Position numbers and translations under genes: made by a program. The notes under the pieces were generated by a model, which was not told where the DNA came from, did no database searches, and was given only the letters and a program-made list of their open reading frames with translations. Positions 12,093 to 22,084 of a DNA stretch of 64,000 nucleotides are shown piece by piece (within the stretch, counting starts at the first letter, position 1; each line of letters opens with the position of its first letter). The stretch lies in NCBI GenBank assembly GCA_963822945.1, contig CAWGJO010000020.1, forward strand, positions 576,001 to 640,000. Reading direction: 5' to 3'. Source of the DNA: an uncultured Gemmatimonadaceae bacterium (GTDB lineage: Bacteria > Gemmatimonadota > Gemmatimonadetes > Gemmatimonadales > Gemmatimonadaceae).

Positions 12093-12863
12093 TCAGCGCC
12101 CGCCGCCGTCGTGGTCCCGGTCTCCCCCGCCCGGGCGGCGGCGCACGGGAGCGTACTGGCGGCGTAGCATCATGCTGGCGCTGAGCGTATCGCCCCATGC
12201 TTCGGTGACCCGCGCCGAGACGACGTGGTCGAGCAGCGGGAATTTTCGCTTGAGGTACGCGTTGCCCTGCAGTTCGATCGAGTCCTGCGATGGGCCCGTG
12301 CCGCGCGGCGGCCCCTGGCCATAGCCGCTGTAGAGCGAATCGACGACGTTCATGCCCTTGATCACCTGTGCGATGGGCGGGAATCCGATCCCGCCCAGCG
12401 TGTCGAGCCGGGCGTTGTCGCGCTCGTTGACGTACAACTGCACCGTGCGCGACTGCGGCCCGCTGCGCGCGAACGCGATCATGCCGCGCCGGTTGCTCCG
12501 CATCACGGGATCGTCGGCGATGCGCCGATGGCGCCACTCCGCGTTCACCACGGGGTTGCCCGAGATGCCCCACTGGGCCAGCGACCCCTTCACGACGCGG
12601 AAGAAATACGTGTCGTCGTAGTACCCGTTGGTTACCAGGAAGTAGAACCGGTCGACGCCGAACGGCGACCAGTCGCGATGCGCGATCACCAGGAACGGGC
12701 CGCGCGTGGTCTGGAACTCGACGCGGAAGCTGTCCGGCGCCGGCGTCATGAGTTCCTCGGGCGTCGGTTCGAGCAGCGGAGAGCGGTGCGAGCACCCGAC
12801 AATGGCCGTGCTCACGGCGAATACTGCGAGTACCGCGAAACGTCGCATGGGCTGGATCAACAT
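12093..12863 (-). CDS. Cyclophilin-type peptidyl-prolyl isomerase, predicted lipoprotein
   Basis: FFRVVKGSLAQWG, RGMIAFARSGPQSRTVQLYVN, VIKGMNVVD. Lipobox IVGC. Start is ATG 12863 or 12848. Confidence 0.9.
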   Translation of the reverse strand: MLIQPMRRFAVLAVFAVSTAIVGCSHRSPLLEPTPEELMTPAPDSFRVEFQTTRGPFLVIAHRDWSPFGVDRFYFLVTNGYYDDTYFFRVVKGSLAQWGISGNPVVNAEWRHRRIADDPVMRSNRRGMIAFARSGPQSRTVQLYVNERDNARLDTLGGIGFPPIAQVIKGMNVVDSLYSGYGQGPPRGTGPSQDSIELQGNAYLKRKFPLLDHVVSARVTEAWGDTLSASMMLRRQYAPVRRRPGGGDRDHDGGGR

Positions 12864-13008
12864 GACCTGAGCATGAGAAGACACCCGGAACGGGCTCCAC
12901 CCGAAGAGGGGTGGGTCCGAATTGGTACCCGGCCGGAGCATCCGAAGGTCCGCGGAAGTGCGGTGAAGCGCATGTTGCCGGGATCTCGAGAGTGCGGCAA
13001 GCCCCTCA

Positions 13009-14506
13009 TCACACGGCGTCGAAGTCGATGTATCCCTGCCGGGGATCGGTATGCACCAGCCGCAGCTTGACCCGGTCACCCACATCCAGACCGTGCTGCC
13101 CATGCACCACCATCCCCTCGGCCGGTGGATGGAAGAGGCGCGCGAAGGTTCCGTGATCGGAGACGCCGGTCACGATCCCGTCGAACACGTCGCCGATCCG
13201 ATGGGCCAGCAACAACGCGGCGGCCACCTTCCGCATGGTCCGCTCCACTTTGTTTGCGGCATCTTCACGTTCCGTGCAGTGCGCGGCGATCGCCGAGAGT
13301 TCGTCGTTGGAATACGGCGCGTCGGTGCCGGCGATCGCGGCCTTGGCCAGACGCTGCGTGACGAGATCCGCGTACCGGCGGTTGGGGGCCGTGGCGTGGG
13401 AGTAGTCGTGCACCGCGAGTCCGAAATGCAGGCCGGGATCCTTGCCCGGCATGTCGAGCGCGTATTCGCCGGGCCCCATGAGCTTGACCACGGTGAGGGA
13501 CAGATCGGGAAACCGCAGTGGATCGGCCGCCCGGCGCGTGCTCAGGAAGTGCGCCAACGCCAGCGAATCGGGCCTGGCCGGCAGGGTGACGTCGTACTGC
13601 TTGGCGAGGTCGACGATCCGGCTCCACCGTTCCGGCTCCCGCACCACGCGGCGAATGCCGGAGCGTCCCCTGGACTCGAGAAACACCGCGATCGCGATGT
13701 TCGAGGCGATCATGAAGTCCTCGATGAGATCGCGCGCCTTGCTTTTCTGCGTGAGGGCGAGGTCCACCACCCGGCCGTCCTTCGCCACCGGCGTGGCTTC
13801 GATGGTGTCGAGTTCCAGAGCGCCGTTGCGCAGCCGCTGCGACTTGAGCCGTTGAGCGGCTTCGGACTGCAACCGGAGCTGCTGTTGGAGCGCGGGGTTC
13901 CCGTTCACCTTCGCCGGCGGTGTTCCGCCGTCGAGCCAGGCCCCCACGTCGTCGTAGGCGAGCTTGGCCTGGTTGCGGATCACGGCACGGTAGACGTCCT
14001 GCGTGTTCACCGCGCCGTGCGCGTCGACGACCGTCTCGATGACCAGCGCGAGTCGATCCTCGTTCTGGTTCAACGAGGTGAGGCCCGTGGACAGCTTCTC
14101 CGGGAGCATCGGAAACACCTCGACCCCCGTGTACACCGACGTGGAGTTGGCGCGGGCATGTGCGTCGAGCGGCGAGTCCTTGGGCACCAGCGCGTCCACG
14201 TCGGCAATGGCGACGAGCAAGCCGGATGCAATCGCCGGGCAGCTGCTCGGCCGCTTCGGCCTGGTCCAGATCGAGCGACGAATCGTTGTCGATGGAGGAC
14301 CAGAGCATCTGGCGGAGGTCGCGTGCGCCGGACGGGATGGGCGCCGGCGCCGTGAGCGCGTCCAGCTGGCGTCGGGCGTCGCCGGGATAGGCCGGCTCGA
14401 ATCCGTACTTGGCGGCCACACGTCTGGCCGCGGCATCGAGATCGAAATTGCCGGGCACCCCGTGCTTCGGCGCATGGTTGGGGTCGCGGTGGCCGTGGTT
14501 GGAAAT
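13009..14506 (-). CDS. RNB-domain exoribonuclease (RNase II/R family) with C-terminal S1-like domain, frameshifted near 14220
   Basis: SIDNDSSLDLDQA in one frame joins LLVAIADVD..LIEDFMIASN..HFGLAVHDYSHATAPNRRYADL in another. The start is uncertain (ATT 14506 after GGAG, or a downstream GTG). Confidence 0.88.
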
Positions 14507-14571
14507 ACGCGTGCTCCGATGGAGGTGAAGGGCGGTTGTGTGAATCTGCCGTGCCCGGCATGATTCGGGCA

Positions 14572-14745
14572 ATGTCCGCGGCCGATACCCGCAAGACCCG
14601 CACACTCGCCGACACGCCACCGCGCCGCGACCAACCGCCGCCGGAGACGTGCGACTATTGCGGCAGCACCGATCTCCACTGGGTCAAATGCAAGTTGATC
14701 TGCCGGAACTGCCGGCAGATCAACAAGAGTTGTTCGGATCTGTAG
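14572..14745 (+). CDS. Small Cys-rich zinc-finger-like protein (57 aa; resembles HVO_2523-type CxxC..CKLxCxxC..SCSD microproteins)
   Basis: CDYC..KCKLICRNC..SCSDL. Fills the gap between rnb and nadC, with a -10-like CATGAT 7 nt upstream. Confidence 0.75.
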   Translation: MSAADTRKTRTLADTPPRRDQPPPETCDYCGSTDLHWVKCKLICRNCRQINKSCSDL

Positions 14746-14788
14746 GCCACGCCTGCCAACGCCCACCGTCAGCAGTCGGCAGCCGGCC

Positions 14789-15724
14789 TCATTCGAAATC
14801 GAGTGCCAGGTCCATCGCCGGCGCCGAGTGGGTGAGTGCACCCACGGAGATCCAGTCCACCCCGCACTCCGCGATCTCCCGAACGGTGTGCAGCGTCACG
14901 CCGCCGCTCGCTTCGACGGTGGCGCGGCCGGCCACGAGGGCCACGCACTCTCGCAGGGCATCGGACGACATGTTGTCGAGCATCACGATGTCGGCGCCCG
15001 CCTCGACCGCCGCCTCCACCTGCTCGCGCCGCTCGCACTCGACTTCCACGCGCGTGCCCACCGGCGCCGTCTCGCGCGCCCGCCGCACCGCCCGTGCGAT
15101 GTCTCCGTCGAGCGCCGCGAGGTGGTTGTCCTTGATCAGCACGGCGGAGGCCAGGTCGAAGCGATGGTTGGTGCCCCCGCCGGCCCGCACCGCGTACTTC
15201 TCCAGCAGCCGCCAGCCCGGCGTCGTCTTCCGCGTATCGAGGATGCGGGCTTTCGTGCCGCGGACGGCCGCGACGTAGCGCGCCGTGAGCGACGCGATTC
15301 CCGACAACCGTTGCATGAAGTTCAGCGCCACGCGCTCGGCGGCGAGAATCGGGCGGGCGTGGCCCGTGATGTACAGCACCGAATCGCCCGCCTGAACGCG
15401 CGTGCCGTCCTCGGCGTCGATGCGGATCGAGACCTTGGGGTCGAGCAGGCGGAACGACTCGACGGCCAGCGGCACGCCGGCCACCACGCCCGCCTGCTTG
15501 GCCACGAGCGATGCCCGCGCGCGACGCTCCGTGACCACGGTGGCGATGGTCGTGATGTCGTTGAAGGCCCCATCCTCCTCCAACGCCGAACGCACCAGCG
15601 TGTCGAGCGCGCCCGGCGCCAGCGGAAACTTCAGCCCGCTGCGAGACATCTCCGGGATCGAGGGCGTGGACAGCGGGGTGACCATGCGCCGCGCACTGGG
15701 GCGCTCCGACTCGGGCTGCAGCAT
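14789..15724 (-). CDS. nadC: Nicotinate-nucleotide diphosphorylase (carboxylating)
   Basis: ERVALNF, DTRKTTPG, NHRFDL..LIKDNH, VMLDN, EASGG, SVGALTH. Confidence 0.97.
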   Translation of the reverse strand: MLQPESERPSARRMVTPLSTPSIPEMSRSGLKFPLAPGALDTLVRSALEEDGAFNDITTIATVVTERRARASLVAKQAGVVAGVPLAVESFRLLDPKVSIRIDAEDGTRVQAGDSVLYITGHARPILAAERVALNFMQRLSGIASLTARYVAAVRGTKARILDTRKTTPGWRLLEKYAVRAGGGTNHRFDLASAVLIKDNHLAALDGDIARAVRRARETAPVGTRVEVECERREQVEAAVEAGADIVMLDNMSSDALRECVALVAGRATVEASGGVTLHTVREIAECGVDWISVGALTHSAPAMDLALDFE

Positions 15725-15728
15725 GCGC

Positions 15729-16745
15729 CTACTCCCCGGGATCACCCACCGGGGCAAGGGCGCTGGTGCCGCCGATGGAGACCATCCGCTCGATGGCTCG
15801 GCGCGCCCGTCGCGCAATGTCGGGTGGGACGGTGATGTGATGCTCGTTGCGCTTCAGCGCGCCGAGCACCTTGGGCAATGTCGTGACCTTCATGTACGCG
15901 CAGGTGGCGCGGTCGTTCGCGGCGTAGAACGTCTTGGTCGGATTCTCGCGTCGCAGGCGGTGCAGGATGCCGATCTCGGTAGCCACGATGAATTCGTCGG
16001 CCGGCGACTGCGCCGGGCGCCGGATCATTCCTTCCGTGGACAGGATCTCCACGCCGTCGCCGTCGACGTCGCCCGACGAGAGCGCCTCGAGCACCGACGT
16101 GGAACAGCCGCATTCGGGATGCACGAGGAACTCCGCCTTCGGGTGTGCCGCACGCTGCGCATTCATGTGGGCAGGATCGATGCCCGCATGCACGTGACAC
16201 TCGCCCATCCAGACGTGGATGTTGTCCCTTCCGGTCATGCGCCGCACGTGCGCGCCGAGGAACATGTCGGGAAGAAAGAGGATTTCCCGGTCGGCGGGGA
16301 TCGCGTTCACGACGTCCACCGCGTTCCCCGACGTGCAACAGTAGTCGCTCTCCGCTTTCACCTCGGCGGTGGTATTCACGTACGACACGACGACGGCGCC
16401 CGGATGCTCGGCCTTCCAGTCGCGGAGCTGCGCGGCGTCGATCGTCGCGGCCAGCGAGCAACCGGCCGCCATGTCGGGAAGCAGCACCGTCTTGCCGGGC
16501 GAGAGAATCGCCGCCGTCTCGGCCATGAAATGCACGCCGCAGAACACGATCACACCGGCGTCGGTTTTCGCCGCTTCGCGCGACAGGCCGAGCGAGTCGC
16601 CCACATAGTCGGCGACATCCTGCACTTCGGGGCGCTCGTAGTTGTGCGCGAGGATCACCGCCTTCCGCCTGGCGGCGAGTGCGCGGATCTGCTCGTGCAA
16701 CTGCGAGATCGAGCGATCGGGAGACGTTTCGGTTGTCGGGCTCAT
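15729..16745 (-). CDS. nadA: Quinolinate synthase
   Basis: ILAHNY, VGDSL, FCGVHFMAE, GCSLA, SYVNT, CHVH, HPEC and TCAYMK motifs, including the Fe-S cysteines. Confidence 0.97.
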   Translation of the reverse strand: MSPTTETSPDRSISQLHEQIRALAARRKAVILAHNYERPEVQDVADYVGDSLGLSREAAKTDAGVIVFCGVHFMAETAAILSPGKTVLLPDMAAGCSLAATIDAAQLRDWKAEHPGAVVVSYVNTTAEVKAESDYCCTSGNAVDVVNAIPADREILFLPDMFLGAHVRRMTGRDNIHVWMGECHVHAGIDPAHMNAQRAAHPKAEFLVHPECGCSTSVLEALSSGDVDGDGVEILSTEGMIRRPAQSPADEFIVATEIGILHRLRRENPTKTFYAANDRATCAYMKVTTLPKVLGALKRNEHHITVPPDIARRARRAIERMVSIGGTSALAPVGDPGE

Positions 16746-16801
16746 GTCCTTGATATTAGCCGCAGTGTCCGAAGCAATGTTCCACTTGGTCAAACGCACG
16801 T

Positions 16802-18313
16802 TTAGAGCTCGATGTGACGGCCCCGCCATTCTCCCCTGGCCCGAGGAAAGTCGCTCCGGTAGTGGCCGCCCCGCGATTCTCGCCGTCGAAGGGCCGCCTG
16901 CGCAATCAGACCGGCGGTCTGGATCAGATTGACCTCTTCGGTGGCTCCTTCGGGCAACCGCCGTTCGATGTCCCCCAGGGTGGCCAGGGCGCTCTTGAGT
17001 CCGGCGGCGCTGCGGATGATGCCCGCGTACTGCCACATGATCATGCGCACCAGATCGGCCGCGACCTGCGCGGCGCCGCGGTCGTGGAGCACGGGGACGC
17101 TCCACCGCGTCTTGCGTGGCAGCCGGGTCAGTTCCGGGGTTTCCCGCAGCCGCGTGGCCACACGCTCGGCGAACACCAACCCTTCGAGCAGCGAGTTCGA
17201 CGCCAGCCGATTGGCCCCGTGCACGCCCGTGCGTGACATCTCGCCGGCGGCGAACAGCCTCCGGAGACTCGACCGCCCGTACAGATCGGTGGCCACACCA
17301 CCCATCATGTAGTGCGCCGCCGGCGTCACCGGAATCAGATCCCGGCGCGGGTCTATGCCCCGCGCCTTGCAGATCGCGTCGATACCCGGGAAACGGCGGG
17401 CAAATGCCCGCCCGATCTTCCGTGCATCCAGGAATACCCTGTGGCCGGCCCGCTGCTCGCGGAAGATGGCCCTCGCCACGATGTCGCGGGGCGCCAATTC
17501 CGCCTCCGGGTGCTTCCGGACCATGAACCGCTGACCGCGATCGTTCACCAGCATCGCCCCCTCGCCACGCACGGCTTCGGAGATGAGTTGCAGCGGGTTT
17601 TCCGGCGTGTCGAGCGCCGTGGGGTGGAACTGGACGAATTCCATGTCGGCCAGCGTGGCGCCGGCCCGGTGCGCGATGGCGAACCCGTCGCCGGTGGCGA
17701 CGACCGGATTGGTGGTATGGCGGTAGACCTGTCCGCATCCGCCCATCGCGAGCACGGTCGCGTCGGCAATGATCTCGGTGGCGTGGCCCCTGACGCTCGC
17801 CCGCACGCCGAACACGGCGCGGCGCGCCACGATGAGGTCGAGCACACGAGCCTTTTCGAGCACGCGGATCTTGCGGCTCTCACGCACCCGTTCGATGAGG
17901 GCGCGCGCCACCTCGGCGCCGGTCTGGTCGCCGTGGGCATGGACGATGCGTGATGCCGAGTGTGCCGCTTCACGTCCCAGGATCAGTTCGCCCTCCGGGC
18001 CGAGGTCGAACTCGGCGCCGGCGGTCTGGAGTTCGCGCACGCGTTCCGGCCCCTCTTCCACGAGCACGCGGACGGCCGCCGCGTCGCACAGGGCCGCGCC
18101 CGCGGCCAACGTGTCGCGGCGGTGGAGTTGCGGCGAGTCGCCGGCGCCGAGCGCCGCAGCAATGCCGCCCTGGGCATATGCGGTGGCGCTGTCGAACAGC
18201 GAGCGCTTGGTGAGCAGCAGCACCTCGCCGTGCTCCGACGCGCGCAGGGCGGTGTGCAGCCCGGCGACGCCGCTCCCCACAACCAGAAACCGCGTTCTGA
18301 TCCGCTCCACCAT
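16802..18313 (-). CDS. nadB: L-aspartate oxidase
   Basis: GSGVAG FAD motif, AQGGIAA, MEFVQFHPT, SEAVRGEG, HYMMGG, HGANRLASNSLLEG, ESRGGHYR. Lies upstream of nadA and nadC. Confidence 0.96.
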   Translation of the reverse strand: MVERIRTRFLVVGSGVAGLHTALRASEHGEVLLLTKRSLFDSATAYAQGGIAAALGAGDSPQLHRRDTLAAGAALCDAAAVRVLVEEGPERVRELQTAGAEFDLGPEGELILGREAAHSASRIVHAHGDQTGAEVARALIERVRESRKIRVLEKARVLDLIVARRAVFGVRASVRGHATEIIADATVLAMGGCGQVYRHTTNPVVATGDGFAIAHRAGATLADMEFVQFHPTALDTPENPLQLISEAVRGEGAMLVNDRGQRFMVRKHPEAELAPRDIVARAIFREQRAGHRVFLDARKIGRAFARRFPGIDAICKARGIDPRRDLIPVTPAAHYMMGGVATDLYGRSSLRRLFAAGEMSRTGVHGANRLASNSLLEGLVFAERVATRLRETPELTRLPRKTRWSVPVLHDRGAAQVAADLVRMIMWQYAGIIRSAAGLKSALATLGDIERRLPEGATEEVNLIQTAGLIAQAALRRRESRGGHYRSDFPRARGEWRGRHIEL

Positions 18314-18378
18314 GGCACGCAATCAATTGACCCGACGAGCCTTGCGGTACCCCGCGTACGCACACGATTGTTCACGCC

Positions 18379-19419
18379 ATGCGAAAGCTGCTCATCCTCG
18401 TGGGCGTGCTGCTCGCCGCCCACGCGGTGTTGCTCTTCGTGCACCCGGCCGGCGCGGTCTCTCCCGTCATCGACCCCAATGCGGTCAACGTGGGCATCGT
18501 GTTCGACGTCGGGGGCCGTGGCGACAAGTCGTTCAACGACGCGGCGTACCTGGGTGGCGAGCGGGCCGAGAAGGAACTCGGCGTCCACGTACGGTTCATC
18601 GAACCCGGGGACGGCTCGGACCGGGAGGCCGGGCTCCGCATTCTCGCCGCCGAGGGGATGAAGCTGGTGATCGGGATCGGGTTCATCTTCACCGATGATC
18701 TCCTGCAGCTCGCCAAGGAGTATCCGCACACCGACTTCGCGGGTGTCGACTTCTCGGTGGCCACCGACAGCGCCGGCCATCCCATTCCGCCCCCGCCCAA
18801 CCTCGCGGCGCTCAAGTTTCGCGAGGAGGAGGGCTCCTTCCTGGTCGGTGCGCTGGCGGCGATGGTGGGCCATTCCAAGAAGGTGGGATTCATCGGCGGG
18901 ATGAACTCGCCGCTCATTCAGAAATTCCAGGCCGGCTACGCGGCGGGCGTCCACTACGTGTGCCCCGACTGCCAGGTGATCGCGCAGTACGCCGGTGTCA
19001 CGCCCGACGCGTTCCGGAATCCGGGCAAGGGAAAGGAGTTGGCGCTCTCCCAGTACCAGAACGGCGTGAACGTGATCTTCCACGCCTCGGGCTCCACGGG
19101 GCTGGGCGTGTTCGAGGCCGCGCGGCAGACCAACAAGCTGGCCATCGGGGTGGACGCCGATCAGTACTCGGAAGCGCCGGGCCACGTGCTCACGTCCATG
19201 GTGAAGGGCGTCGATGCCGCCGTGTTCGACGTCATCAAGCGCGTGAAGGACGGCACGTTCAAGGGCGGGATCTACTCCTTCGGGCTCGCCCAGAACGGGG
19301 TGCGTTACGTCTATGACGAGCACAACAAGGCGCTGATTCCCGACAGCGTCCACGCGCGGCTGGAGCAGCTCAAGGCCGACATCATCGCCGGCAAGATCAA
19401 AGTGCCCACCACCCCATGA
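18379..19419 (+). CDS. BMP-family ABC transporter substrate-binding protein (nucleoside type)
   Basis: GGRGDKSFND, FREEEGSFLVG, AIGVDADQ, TSMVKGVD. Confidence 0.93.
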   Translation: MRKLLILVGVLLAAHAVLLFVHPAGAVSPVIDPNAVNVGIVFDVGGRGDKSFNDAAYLGGERAEKELGVHVRFIEPGDGSDREAGLRILAAEGMKLVIGIGFIFTDDLLQLAKEYPHTDFAGVDFSVATDSAGHPIPPPPNLAALKFREEEGSFLVGALAAMVGHSKKVGFIGGMNSPLIQKFQAGYAAGVHYVCPDCQVIAQYAGVTPDAFRNPGKGKELALSQYQNGVNVIFHASGSTGLGVFEAARQTNKLAIGVDADQYSEAPGHVLTSMVKGVDAAVFDVIKRVKDGTFKGGIYSFGLAQNGVRYVYDEHNKALIPDSVHARLEQLKADIIAGKIKVPTTP

Positions 19420-20984
19420 CCACGCCCTCCGGAGCCCCGGTCCCGACGTCCGGCGCCGTGGCCGTATCCATGCGCGGCATCGACAAGTCGTTCGGCCCGG
19501 TGCGCGCCAACCGGGGTGCCTCGCTGGAAGTGGCGCGCGGCGAGATCCACGCACTGGTAGGCGAGAACGGGGCCGGCAAGTCCACGCTGATGCGCGTGCT
19601 GAGCGGCATGTACGCGCCGAGCGCCGGCACGATGATCGTCAACGGGCACGACGTCACCGGGTGGACGACGGCCAGGGCCATCGCGGCCGGCGTCGGCATG
19701 GTGCATCAGCACTTCATGCTCGTCCCCACGCTCACCGTGGCTGAGAACATCGTGCTCGGACGCGAGATCACCTCGGCAGGGCAGCTCGACCGTGGAGCGG
19801 CCGAGCGCGCAGTGGCCGACCTCGGCGCGCGCACGGGGCTGGTGGTGGCCCCCGGCCGCAAGGTCAGCGATCTGTCGGTGGGGGAGGCGCAACGGGTGGA
19901 GATCCTCAAGACGCTCTACCGCGGCGCGAAGATCCTCATTCTCGACGAGCCCACGGCGGTGCTCTCGCCACCCGAGGTCGATGAGCTCTGGCGCGTGCTG
20001 GCACGCATGCGCGATGCCGGGGACACGATCATTCTCATCACCCACAAGCTCGACGAGGTGATGGAGATCTCGGACACCGTCACGGTGATGCGGCACGGGC
20101 AGACGGTGGGGCGCGTGGCCACGCGCGACACCTCGCCGGCCCAGCTGGCCCGGATGATGGTGGGCCGCGACGTGGTACTGGCCGGCGAAGGACGACCGGC
20201 GCCCGTGCCGACGGTCAGCGCCGCAACGCAGCAGCCGGTGCTCGAGGTTCGCGAACTCACGGTGGCCGACCCGCGCAAGGCGCACGCCGTGGACGCGGTG
20301 AGCTTCTCCGTAGCGCCGGGCGAGATCCTCGGCATCGCCGGAGTCGAGGGAAACGGACAGACGGAACTCATCGAGGCGATCGCCGGGCTCCGGGCGGTGG
20401 CGTCGGGCGCGGTCCTGCTGGACGGCCGTGACGTGACTCGGCAGAGCGTACGGGAGCGAGGGGATGCCGGGCTCTCGCACATCCCCGAGGACCGGCAGCA
20501 GCGCGGCCTGGTGCTCGACTATTCGATCGCCGAGAATCTGGTGCTCGGCCAGCAGCACCGGTTCTCGCGTCACGGGATGCTGGACGAGGCCCGTATCGCG
20601 GACAACGCCCGCCGGCAGATCGACCGGTTCGACATCCGCCCGGTGGATCCGGCAGCGCCCGCGCGGGCGCTCTCCGGCGGCAATCAGCAGAAGGTGGTCG
20701 TGGCCCGTGAGATGGGCCGCGACTTCAGCGTGCTGCTCGCCGCCCAGCCCACGCGCGGCGTGGACGTGGGCGCCATCGAGTTCATCCATACGCAATTGCG
20801 CAACGCGCGCGCCGAAGGCAAGGCGGTGCTGCTGGTGTCGGCCGACCTGACCGAAGTGCTGGCCCTCTCCGATCGCATCGCCGTGATGTATGGCGGCCGG
20901 TTTGCCGTAGTGCTGCAGCGGTCGGACGCCAACGAGGAGATCCTGGGCGCCTACATGACCGGCGCTTCGGGGCGGGCCGCGTGA
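19416..20984 (+). CDS. Nucleoside/sugar ABC transporter ATP-binding protein (two NBDs)
   Basis: [34 protein letters not shown]. Confidence 0.95.
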   Translation: MTTPSGAPVPTSGAVAVSMRGIDKSFGPVRANRGASLEVARGEIHALVGENGAGKSTLMRVLSGMYAPSAGTMIVNGHDVTGWTTARAIAAGVGMVHQHFMLVPTLTVAENIVLGREITSAGQLDRGAAERAVADLGARTGLVVAPGRKVSDLSVGEAQRVEILKTLYRGAKILILDEPTAVLSPPEVDELWRVLARMRDAGDTIILITHKLDEVMEISDTVTVMRHGQTVGRVATRDTSPAQLARMMVGRDVVLAGEGRPAPVPTVSAATQQPVLEVRELTVADPRKAHAVDAVSFSVAPGEILGIAGVEGNGQTELIEAIAGLRAVASGAVLLDGRDVTRQSVRERGDAGLSHIPEDRQQRGLVLDYSIAENLVLGQQHRFSRHGMLDEARIADNARRQIDRFDIRPVDPAAPARALSGGNQQKVVVAREMGRDFSVLLAAQPTRGVDVGAIEFIHTQLRNARAEGKAVLLVSADLTEVLALSDRIAVMYGGRFAVVLQRSDANEEILGAYMTGASGRAA

Positions 20985-22084
20985 CGGCGCCGGCGACCAC
21001 GGGGGCCGAGTCGCGCGGCCGCCGGCTACGCGCGCAGTTCGAGGAAGCGGTGTTGCCGGCCATCGTGGCCCTGCTCATCGCGGCGCTCGTGGGCGACATC
21101 CTGATCATCACCTACGGCCAGTCTCCGGCTGCCGTGTACCGGTTGCTCATCGAAGGCACGTGGGGAAACGCGTACGGGTTGGGGCAGGTGCTCTACAAGG
21201 CCACGACGCTCACCTTCACCGGTCTGGCGGTGGCTATCGGGTTGCGGGCCGGGTTGTTCAACATCGGCGCCGAGAGCCAGCTCGCGGCCGGGGGATTCCT
21301 GGCGGGCGTGGTCGGCACACTGCTGCCCACGGGCATTCCGGCGGTGGTGGTGCTGCCCCTGTTCATCCTGGCCGCGGCCGTGGGTGGGGGACTCGTGGGA
21401 GGCGCTGCGGGTGTGCTCAAGTCGAAGTGGGGCGCGCACGAGGTGATCACCACGATCATGCTCAACTTCATCGTGCTGGCGCTGCTGAACTACCTCACGG
21501 TGGCGCACTTCAAGGTGTTCGATACGCTGCACACGGCCGATATCCGGAGCGGCGCCATCGCGCGGCTCTCGGTCGTGCTGCCCGCGTTCCACGGGTCGGC
21601 GGCGAACCTCGTGCTGCTGCTCGCGCTTGCCGCCGCGGCGGTTGCGTGGTGGTACCTGTTCCGGTCGCGGGCGGGCTACGAATTACGCGCCGCCGGCCTC
21701 CAGCCCGGTGCGGCCGAGTACGGCGGTGTGAACGTGGCGACCATCTGGTGGAAGGCCATGCTCATCTCGGGGGCCGTGGCCGGGATCGGCGGTCTCAACT
21801 TCGTGCTGGGCTACAAGCACTATTACGAGGACGGGTTCAGCACGGGCGCCGGATTCCTCGGCATCGCCGTGGCCCTGGTGGGCCGCAACAATCCGATCGG
21901 CGTGGTGCTGGCGGCGCTCCTCTTCGGCACGCTGTCGCAGGGCGGTTTGGCGGTGAACGCGCTGGTGCCGAAGCAGATGGTCGAAGTGCTCCAGGCGGTG
22001 GTAATCATCGCCGTGGCGACTTCGGTGCCCGAGGTGCGGCGCCTGCTGCGCAGCGTGCGCAGGCACGGAGGGCCGGACGCATGA
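20981..22084 (+). CDS. Nucleoside ABC transporter permease 1
   Basis: GLFNIGAE, EVITTIMLN, GFLGIAVALVGRNNP. Overlapping start/stop with neighbours. Confidence 0.93.
   Translation: MTAPATTGAESRGRRLRAQFEEAVLPAIVALLIAALVGDILIITYGQSPAAVYRLLIEGTWGNAYGLGQVLYKATTLTFTGLAVAIGLRAGLFNIGAESQLAAGGFLAGVVGTLLPTGIPAVVVLPLFILAAAVGGGLVGGAAGVLKSKWGAHEVITTIMLNFIVLALLNYLTVAHFKVFDTLHTADIRSGAIARLSVVLPAFHGSAANLVLLLALAAAAVAWWYLFRSRAGYELRAAGLQPGAAEYGGVNVATIWWKAMLISGAVAGIGGLNFVLGYKHYYEDGFSTGAGFLGIAVALVGRNNPIGVVLAALLFGTLSQGGLAVNALVPKQMVEVLQAVVIIAVATSVPEVRRLLRSVRRHGGPDA

Noticed and set aside
12876..13008. Short hairpins between rnb and the cyclophilin gene as an ncRNA
   Set aside because: They are only 6-bp stems with no U-tract or recognisable family, which is compatible with chance at this GC content.
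10255..14225. Programmed ribosomal frameshifting in gnd or rnb
   Set aside because: No slippery heptamers at the shift sites, and many similar indels elsewhere point to assembly error.
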